DNA of 51,601 nucleotides from Candidatus Nanohaloarchaea archaeon. GTDB taxonomy: Archaea; Nanohalarchaeota; Nanosalinia; Nanosalinales; Nanosalinaceae. The translations under genes were made by a program, and so were the position numbers. The stretch spans positions 1-51,601 of the forward strand of contig JBDGRK010000027.1 of assembly GCA_042218075.1 (NCBI GenBank), written 5' to 3'. This document shows, one piece after another, positions 45,449-51,601 of the stretch. Under the pieces are notes generated by a model. The model ran no database searches. It was not told where the DNA came from and saw nothing but the letters and a program-made list of their open reading frames with translations. How positions within the stretch are numbered: position 1 is the stretch's first letter; each line of letters begins with the position of its first letter.

Positions 45449-45726
45449 TATCCGCTCCACCTGTAAATCCCCACCTGTGGTTGCACTACCTCCATTTCCT
45501 TGAGATAAACTTCTGCTGTCTCTAGGATTGCCTTGATCTCTTCATTTGAAAACCCAGGATTTGCATCCATGTTCTCCAGACTACTTGCGCTGAGATTGGT
45601 TTCAATACCCTCGACTTCATCCCTGAAGTATGTCTCGAACCGGTCCAGGTTTCTAAGTGCAAGTTCTTCCATCTCCTCGGGCCGGTATTCGTTGTCGTGA
45701 ATACTGCGGTAGTCCGCGGTCGTCAT
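45448..45726 (-). CDS. Acidic hypothetical protein between thyA and folA
   Basis: 92 aa; ATGA overlap with thyA; its stop overlaps the folA start. Confidence 0.72.
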   Translation of the reverse strand: MTTADYRSIHDNEYRPEEMEELALRNLDRFETYFRDEVEGIETNLSASSLENMDANPGFSNEEIKAILETAEVYLKEMEVVQPQVGIYRWSG

Positions 45727-46730
45727 TCCGCTATCCCGAACTTTATTCCCGGATGGGGATTGTAGTTTTTGAGCTGGAAATCCTCGTACTCCATCTCGTC
45801 TATCGGCTTGTCCGGAACCTCCATCTCCGGCCTTTCCCTCGGCTCTCTGGAGAGCTGTTCAAGCATCCCTGGGATGTGATCTTTCCGGTCTTCGTTGTCG
45901 GTGGGAGCGTTGTCCTGAATCCAGTCCCTGACTTTCAGGTATCCCTGCCTGTTCTCCACCTCTCTGACTCTCGTGCTGAGTTCCTCGAGGAATTCACCGT
46001 ACCACCTGCCTCTTTCGCCTCCTCCACAGTAGATATGTGCGTCAACCAGTGAGTGGGCAAACTCTCCAACCTCTAGATCTGTCTGCTTCGCTATAATCTT
46101 GAGTATAAGCGAGTAGCAGGCGATATTGAAAGGCACTCCCAGAGCGATATCGCAGCTTCTCTGGGTCAGGTGGAGGTTGAGTCTTCCATCCTGGACGTTG
46201 AATATGAACATTACGTGGCACGGAGGAAGCTTTGATACCTCAGCGTTGGCGGGATGCCAGGCGTTCACCACCAGCCTCCTGGTCTTGGGGTTGTTCTTCA
46301 GCTGGTCGATAACGTACTGAATCTGGTCTATAGTGAACGTTTCTCCTTCTCTATTCACCCAGTCAGTGTCTCCATCGGCCCATGCCTCTCCCTCCAGCTG
46401 CGCCTCACCTACAGGAACAGGGTAGCGCCTCCAGAACCTTCCGTAAGCTGTTTCCAGGTTTCCTTCCTCCGTAGCCCACTCGTCCCATATGCTGGTGTGC
46501 TCCCTAAGGTTCCTTATGTGTTCCTCTCCGGAGAAGTACCAGAGAAGCTCGTGTATAAGAGAGTTCCACCTGTAGCCGGAGAGATCCTTGGTTGTCAATA
46601 GGGGAAAGCCTTCCGACACATCCACTCTATGAAAGTGCCCGAACTTGGAAATTGTATCGATAGCGGTCCTGTTCGGCTTGTAGTTTCCGTTTTCAAGAAC
46701 TGACCTAACCAGATTATGGTACTGCTCCAG
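45723..46730 (-). CDS. thyA: Thymidylate synthase ThyA (apparent CTG start)
   Basis: FPLLTTK, ELLW, IWDEW, AYG, DQI, RRLVVNAW, LPPCH, QRSCDIALGVPFN, DAHIY; the frame extends upstream as LEQYHNLVRSVLENGNYKPNRTAIDT, matching the canonical ThyA N-terminus. Confidence 0.95.
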   Translation of the reverse strand: MEQYHNLVRSVLENGNYKPNRTAIDTISKFGHFHRVDVSEGFPLLTTKDLSGYRWNSLIHELLWYFSGEEHIRNLREHTSIWDEWATEEGNLETAYGRFWRRYPVPVGEAQLEGEAWADGDTDWVNREGETFTIDQIQYVIDQLKNNPKTRRLVVNAWHPANAEVSKLPPCHVMFIFNVQDGRLNLHLTQRSCDIALGVPFNIACYSLILKIIAKQTDLEVGEFAHSLVDAHIYCGGGERGRWYGEFLEELSTRVREVENRQGYLKVRDWIQDNAPTDNEDRKDHIPGMLEQLSREPRERPEMEVPDKPIDEMEYEDFQLKNYNPHPGIKFGIAE

Positions 46731-46733
46731 AAT

Positions 46734-46762
46734 CCTCCCCTCCAGTGAAATATTGACTGGAA
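46734..46762 (-). promoter_or_regulatory. thyA 5' leader: hairpin overlapping the SD sequence
   Basis: Minus strand TTCCAGT-CAATATTTC-ACTGGAGGGGAGG followed by ATT-CTG; TTTATAT box about 25 nt upstream of the hairpin. Confidence 0.55.
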
Positions 46763-46812
46763 ATATTCTTATTGGTTTCCGATATAAAGGCTAGGATTAA
46801 TGTTTCAAGAAT

Positions 46813-47196
46813 ATGCAAGAGTACAATGATTTCAGGTTCGATGCGCTCCAGAGATTGATTTTCCCGGTAGCAGCAGAAGAGGGTATAGGAGATATTGATC
46901 GTTATGGAAGGGGCGGAGAACTCTTCAGGCAGAGTTACGATAACATAAGGAGAACCTTTGAGAGAGTAGATCCCGCTATTACGGGAGACGCGGCTCCAGA
47001 TCCAGATGAGTTTGAAAGATACAGGCAATTGGGTGAAATCCCCGAGAATCAACTGAAATCAGTGTACAGTAGTCTCAGGGTTATCCATGACTTTCAAGGC
47101 ATGGAAGACTACAGTGAACTGGAGTATGTTTCCGAATCCGAATCTCTGAAAGAGCTTGCACAGTGTGTAAGGGAAGAACTGGAAAAGAGGCAGTAG
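46813..47196 (+). CDS. Acidic hypothetical protein
   Basis: 127 aa; TATAAAG about 28 nt upstream; divergent from thyA. Confidence 0.72.
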   Translation: MQEYNDFRFDALQRLIFPVAAEEGIGDIDRYGRGGELFRQSYDNIRRTFERVDPAITGDAAPDPDEFERYRQLGEIPENQLKSVYSSLRVIHDFQGMEDYSELEYVSESESLKELAQCVREELEKRQ

Positions 47197-47203
47197 AATC
47201 GCT

Positions 47204-48466
47204 CTAGTAATCGACCTCCGATTCCTCGTATAGCGGGAACTCTTCCAGCAGCTCTCTCACCCTGTCCTGCGTCTTCTTCCGTACGAACTGGCTTCCCGGG
47301 TTCTTGATGACCTCCGATATCATACCTCCTATCTCCCTGAGCTGTTCCTCTTCCATTCCTCGAGTAGTCAATGCTGGAGTGCCTATCCTGACTCCCGAGG
47401 TTACCTTCGGAGACTCCGGGTCGTACGGTACCGTGTTCTTGTTGACCACAATACCCGCTTCTTCAAGCGCTTTCTCCGCCTCTTTACCCGTCACTTCTCT
47501 TTCCCTGAGATCGACTATAACGAGGTGGTTGTCCGTGCCCCCGGAGACAAGCTCCAGATCGTTTTCCTGTAGAGATTCAGCGAGAGCCTGGGTGTTGTCC
47601 AGAATCTGCTCCGCGTATATCTCGAACTCAGGTTTCAATGCTTCCTTGAAGCATACCGCCTTACCCGCTATCTGGTGCATCAGGGGTCCTGCCTGCGTGT
47701 ACGGGAACACCGCGCTGTTTACATCAGACCTGTACTCTTCCCTGCACATCACCATGCCACCTCTTGCTCCTCTAATCGACTTGTGGGTGGTAGTCGTGAC
47801 TATATCGCACTCGGGAAATGGATTCGGATGGACTCCAGCCGCAACAAGTCCTGAGATGTGTGCAATATCCGCGACAAGGTACGCGTCGACTTCGTCCGCC
47901 ACCTCCCTGAACATCTCGAACTGGAACTCTCTGGGATATGCTGAGTAACCCATTATTATCAGGTCAGGATCGTGCTCCCTCGCGGCTTCCAGAACATCTT
48001 CTTTCTCGAACTGCTCGGTCTCCCTGTTGATCGGGTAGGTGTCGAAGTCGAAGAGGTCGCCTGAATAGTTGGCGGCGTGGCCGTGGGATAGGTGTCCCCC
48101 GTGGTCCAGCTTGGGTCCAAGTATACTGTCTCCCTGGTCAATTAAAGCGAAGTAGGCCGCGAAGTTTGCCTGCGTTCCCGAGTGAGGCTGGACGTTGACA
48201 TGGTCTGCATCAAACAGTTTCCTGGCTCTCTCCTGCGCAAGCTCCTCCACCTTATCGTGGTACTTGCATCCAGCGTAGTAGCGGTCGCCAGGTCTACCTT
48301 CCGCGTACTTGTTGGTGAGAACACTTCCCTGTGCCTGGAGAACCTGCCTGGGAACAAAGTTTTCCGACGCAATCATCTCCAGCGACTCGGATTCCTGCCT
48401 CCTTACCTCGTTTTTTAGTGCTTTGTAGACTTCGGGATCTGCCTCCTGTAAATCACGGTGCTCCAT
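47204..48466 (-). CDS. glyA: Serine hydroxymethyltransferase
   Basis: IASEN, NKYAEG, NVQPHSG, GGHLSHG, TTTTHKS (PLP Lys), SGGTDNH, SGVRIGTPA. Confidence 0.97.
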   Translation of the reverse strand: MEHRDLQEADPEVYKALKNEVRRQESESLEMIASENFVPRQVLQAQGSVLTNKYAEGRPGDRYYAGCKYHDKVEELAQERARKLFDADHVNVQPHSGTQANFAAYFALIDQGDSILGPKLDHGGHLSHGHAANYSGDLFDFDTYPINRETEQFEKEDVLEAAREHDPDLIIMGYSAYPREFQFEMFREVADEVDAYLVADIAHISGLVAAGVHPNPFPECDIVTTTTHKSIRGARGGMVMCREEYRSDVNSAVFPYTQAGPLMHQIAGKAVCFKEALKPEFEIYAEQILDNTQALAESLQENDLELVSGGTDNHLVIVDLREREVTGKEAEKALEEAGIVVNKNTVPYDPESPKVTSGVRIGTPALTTRGMEEEQLREIGGMISEVIKNPGSQFVRKKTQDRVRELLEEFPLYEESEVDY

Positions 48467-48494
48467 AATAGAAATTCGATATATAACTAATATA

Positions 48495-48893
48495 CTATTT
48501 TTGCATAAATTTCTCAGGCCTTACAGCTCCGTTATCAATCATTTCAGAATCAAATGATACTATCTCCAAACCGGCGTTTTCAGCGGTGGCCATTATTATA
48601 CTATCAAATGGATAAGCGTAGCTTTCTCGCTGATTGCCATTAGCTTTCATCATATCTGAGGAATCAGGAATTATTACTTCAACTGAATCAGTTACCTCAT
48701 TCAAACATTCTTCTATTTTATCTCTTTCCAAATTTTTCTTCTTTGATAGAACTGTTCTAATTTCCATTATATTTATTATCGATGTCACGAAATCTAGATC
48801 TCTGTTTAGGAAAATCTTTGATTCCTGGAATCTCTCTTCTTCCTCCACTATGTCGGCAATAAATACGTTTGTATCTACAAATACATCATTCAT
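48495..48893 (-). CDS. vapC: PIN-domain toxin (VapC-like)
   Basis: VFVDTNVF, NIMEI, FDSIIMATA, IVSFD; low GC. Confidence 0.9.
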   Translation of the reverse strand: MNDVFVDTNVFIADIVEEEERFQESKIFLNRDLDFVTSIINIMEIRTVLSKKKNLERDKIEECLNEVTDSVEVIIPDSSDMMKANGNQRESYAYPFDSIIMATAENAGLEIVSFDSEMIDNGAVRPEKFMQK

Positions 48894-49027
48894 TTTCTCT
48901 CACGTAACTTCCTCACTTCTTCTACTGAGTCTATACCTATTTCAGAAAATTTACCTGAGAGCCTATCTCCCAGCTTCTCTTTTTTTTCCCCGACCAGCTC
49001 TGATACCTCGCTAGCATATAATCCCAT
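48890..49027 (-). CDS. 45-aa putative antitoxin (not in the ORF track)
   Basis: MGLYASEVSELVGEKKEKLGDRLSGKFSEIGIDSVEEVRKLRERK*; ATGA overlap with the PIN gene; DSVEEVRKLR is VapB-like. Confidence 0.75.
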   Translation of the reverse strand: MGLYASEVSELVGEKKEKLGDRLSGKFSEIGIDSVEEVRKLRERK

Positions 49028-49080
49028 TTTACCACAGTTTCTAATTTAACACAAACTACTTTGTTTGTTTCGGTATGCTA

Positions 49081-49503
49081 TCATGATCGCCTTTCATTGT
49101 AGCTCTTCATGATCTCTTCTAGGTTTCCGATCATATCTATTTTTTGATGTCTATCCGGCTCTAGCCAGATATAGTCCGTGTGTTCGCCGCTGAGTTCGAC
49201 CTCCTCAGAATCGGCACTGCACCTGAAGAATACACCGACGATCTGCCATTTCTCTTCTTTAATCTCGGGTCTCCACTCGTCTACCGCAACAGGCTCATTT
49301 ATTTCAATTTCCAGGCCGGTTTCCTCCCTCACTTCTCTCCTTAGAGCTTTGAAGTAATTTTCGCCCGGTTCAAGCCTTCCTCCCGGAATCTGCCACTTAT
49401 CCGCGTTGGTTCCCTCCTCGTAGCTCTCCGCCTCTTTCAGGAACAGTAGCTTTCCATCCTTTTCGATCAGTGCCTTGGTCGCCATCCTGAATCTGTCTAC
49501 CAT
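49081..49503 (-). CDS. NUDIX hydrolase
   Basis: Nudix box GGRLEPGENYFKALRREVREETGL. Confidence 0.95.
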   Translation of the reverse strand: MVDRFRMATKALIEKDGKLLFLKEAESYEEGTNADKWQIPGGRLEPGENYFKALRREVREETGLEIEINEPVAVDEWRPEIKEEKWQIVGVFFRCSADSEEVELSGEHTDYIWLEPDRHQKIDMIGNLEEIMKSYNERRS

Positions 49504-49534
49504 ACCAATGTATCTTTTCCTAAATATCTTGAAG

Positions 49535-50188
49535 CTACTCCCTCTCGATCAGCATCCTCACAACTATCTGCAGAATCTGGACGAAGACACCCATGTAGGC
49601 TACGTAGAGACCGATACCGTTGAGGAAGGCTCTTCCTGGCCTGGTCTTCGTAATGTATATCTGGTGAATGAGATATGCAATAAATCCCAGAATCGCGAGG
49701 ACAAACGCCAGAAGTATAAAGGGTGCTGAGAAGCTGCCTATGAGTGAGATTCCCATTACGCCCAGGAATAGGTAGGTCGCGTACCTGTCCCAGTTAGAGA
49801 AGTCGTGGTCTGTTCCAAACACCAGGAGTCCGCAGACAAGCGCTATCAGGCTGGTCGCTGCGGCTGTAATCTCCAGTGCGAGTGCCTGCGTGCTCACCGA
49901 AAGAAAACCCAGTATGCCGGCACCAAACATCCCGTAGGCCAGCTGTACTATGCCTGTTCCAATAACGGCCTTTCCCGTATCATCCGACCTAATGCCCTTT
50001 CTGGCGATCCACTGGCCTCCTGTCAGCATCGCTCCGTAAACGATAACTCCAAGGAAGAAGAATGTCCCGAAAAGCAAATCGTTCACCCCTGAGAGCGGTG
50101 TAAACGCAAATACCCACATGACTCCTATGTTCAGGAGTATCAGTCCTACAGCAACTCCAAGACTCTTGAGCTGGCCCTCCTGGAACAT
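49535..50188 (-). CDS. Multi-pass membrane protein (Bax inhibitor-1/YccA-like)
   Basis: About 7 TM segments; DHDFSNW and C-terminal LYVAYMGVFVQILQI resemble the BI-1 family. Confidence 0.55.
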   Translation of the reverse strand: MFQEGQLKSLGVAVGLILLNIGVMWVFAFTPLSGVNDLLFGTFFFLGVIVYGAMLTGGQWIARKGIRSDDTGKAVIGTGIVQLAYGMFGAGILGFLSVSTQALALEITAAATSLIALVCGLLVFGTDHDFSNWDRYATYLFLGVMGISLIGSFSAPFILLAFVLAILGFIAYLIHQIYITKTRPGRAFLNGIGLYVAYMGVFVQILQIVVRMLIERE

Positions 50189-50258
50189 GATAGACCTTTA
50201 ACATGGAATGTTAAAAGATCGCCGGCAGCTTGAAAACTGTTCTCACGCATCTTTAAAC

Positions 50259-50861
50259 GTGAGAAGGCACGATTTTCCGGGCAAACTGATAGTAGTCGAG
50301 GGTGCTGATGGATCGGGCACCACCACGCAGGCGGAGAGGCTGACCGAAAGACTCGGAGGCGTATATACTGCTGAACATGGCGAGAGGAGAAGTGAGCAGA
50401 GTCTTATAGGCAGGAAGGTCGAGCAGATGATTTCTGAACAGGGTTACTCCCCAGAGGCAGTGGCACTTGGTTTCGCAGCTGACAGGATAGTACACCTTGA
50501 GGAGAAGTTGATACAGCTGCTGAAAGACGGAAAATCTGTTGTCTGCGACCGTTACTATCATTCTTCGCTGGTATACCAGCCGGCTATGGGCGCGGATTTT
50601 GAATGGGTTAAGGAGATCAACCGGGAAGCCATAGTTCCCGACACGACCTTTATCCTGGATGTATCCGCGGAAGTAGGTATGGAGAGACTGGACCAGAGAG
50701 GTAGAGACCAGAACATATTCGAGGAAATGAGCTTCCAGCAGGAAGTGGTGGAGAGGTACAGGAGGCTGCCTGAGAGCTTAGACGAAAATATAGAGCTGAT
50801 TGATGGAACGGAGTCGAAGGATGAAGTGGAAGAAGCAATAAAAAGTAAGATTTCAGACTAG
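50259..50861 (+). CDS. tmk: Thymidylate kinase
   Basis: LIVVEGADGSGTTTQ, FAADR, VVCDRYYHSSLVYQ, PDTTFILDV, IDG; GTG at 50259 preferred, start uncertain. Confidence 0.93.
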   Translation: MRRHDFPGKLIVVEGADGSGTTTQAERLTERLGGVYTAEHGERRSEQSLIGRKVEQMISEQGYSPEAVALGFAADRIVHLEEKLIQLLKDGKSVVCDRYYHSSLVYQPAMGADFEWVKEINREAIVPDTTFILDVSAEVGMERLDQRGRDQNIFEEMSFQQEVVERYRRLPESLDENIELIDGTESKDEVEEAIKSKISD

Positions 50862-50886
50862 GGAGAAGAATTATGAAATCGAGAAT

Positions 50887-50907
50887 TGGCAGCGGGAGGA
50901 TTTGAAC
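50887..50907 (-). repeat. tRNA 3'-end fragment (att-like), probable island boundary
   Basis: Minus strand GTTCAAAT-CCTCC-CGCTGCC-A (T loop, T stem, acceptor 3' strand, discriminator); no matching 5' half nearby; AT-richer sequence follows. Confidence 0.72.
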
Positions 50908-51184
50908 TCTATTCCCAACGGTTTAATTAAAACCGCTGAACGGTCGGAATGTTAGAGAGTTGGAGTTTCGACTGTGCGTAGGACTGTATCTATGAGTTTA
51001 GATAACGGACCAAATATGGGTTATATGTTGCTATAGCGGGGTGCTTGAGGCCGGTGAAGATGGTCATTACTGTTTCATTTCCTGTCTAAAGATAGTTAGT
51101 TAAGATTAGGTTCGGACTATAATATTGGAAGTTGCGAGAAAGAAGCTGGAAACTATTAAATTATTTACTATTGAGTGATAAACT

Positions 51185-51571
51185 ATGTCCGAATCTAAAA
51201 TTGAACAGCTCCGGCAGAAAGATGCACGGGATTTGTCTGATGAAGAGGTGCTGAAACTACTAAAGAATGATATAGAAACTAACGGTGAAGTACCTGCCTC
51301 AAGAGATTTGAGAGGAGACAGTCCTTGGTCTGTGACAGAAGGTGTAGTTGAGAGAGCTGCAGGAAGTGTAAATAATGCACTATGGTTGCTTGGTGAAGAG
51401 CCAAAGCAAGAAAAACGGGTAGTTGACGGAGATACAGAGATTGTAGAACATGAATTGAGAGGTCTCGAACATGAGTTGGGAAGACCTCCTCTATCAAGTG
51501 AAGGTAGAGGAGTATTTACGGATATGATGAAGAATTTCGGAAAGAGGCAGGAATACCTTATCATACTTTAG
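51185..51571 (+). CDS. Protein with two homing-endonuclease-associated-repeat-like units (possibly frameshifted)
   Basis: SDEEVLKLLK...NGEVP...GSVNNALWLLG and ELRGLEHELGRPP...NFGK resemble the E.L..L..ELG..P...FGSW..AL..AG repeat. Confidence 0.55.
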   Translation: MSESKIEQLRQKDARDLSDEEVLKLLKNDIETNGEVPASRDLRGDSPWSVTEGVVERAAGSVNNALWLLGEEPKQEKRVVDGDTEIVEHELRGLEHELGRPPLSSEGRGVFTDMMKNFGKRQEYLIIL

Positions 51572-51601
51572 CTGCAAGACGTTTAGGTGCTGTTAATCCA
51601 G

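Noticed and set aside
14627-47948. Long antisense ORFs such as 14627..15229, 17407..17898, 30439..30942 and 47304..47948
   Set aside because: These are shadow frames of well-supported genes; their S/L/F/P-rich composition is the mirror of GAR/AAR-rich coding strands.
50887-51110. Complete minus-strand tRNA with a T-arm intron
   Set aside because: No matching 5' T-stem strand, anticodon arm or 5' acceptor strand was found within about 200 nt.

Overview
Gene-dense archaeal chromosome segment with an acidic proteome, most consistent with a halophilic DPANN organism (Nanohaloarchaeota-like; inferred, not searched). Left to right: (1) the distal spc-type ribosomal protein operon (uS14 partial, uS8, uL6, eL32, eL19, uL18, uS5, uL30, uL15, secY), with a low-GC orphan ORF between eL32 and eL19; (2) EMC3/DUF106 and cbf5, with the usual adk and rpl34e-cmk-rpl14e slots occupied by inverted APH-fold kinases; (3) a PPase-ASCH-HD-HD operon; (4) a tRNA-Ser(UGA) split by two structured introns, followed by a duplicated 3' end and a small low-GC islet; (5) an alpha-glucan cluster (GT4, GH57, GH15); (6) a TetR-controlled MacB/LolCDE-like ABC system; (7) gap, nnrD, nadM, fba and fbp; (8) two helicases (a DbpA-RBD-fused SF1 helicase and Hel308); (9) two large surface proteins; (10) a thymidylate-cycle cluster (folA, thyA with an apparent CTG start, glyA, tmk); (11) the edge of a probable tRNA-integrated island at the right end. 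Five toxin-antitoxin pairs plus one candidate pair are scattered through the window. No CRISPR array, rRNA, transposase or integrase is visible. All calls come from motif recognition by eye; no database searches or folding programs were run.
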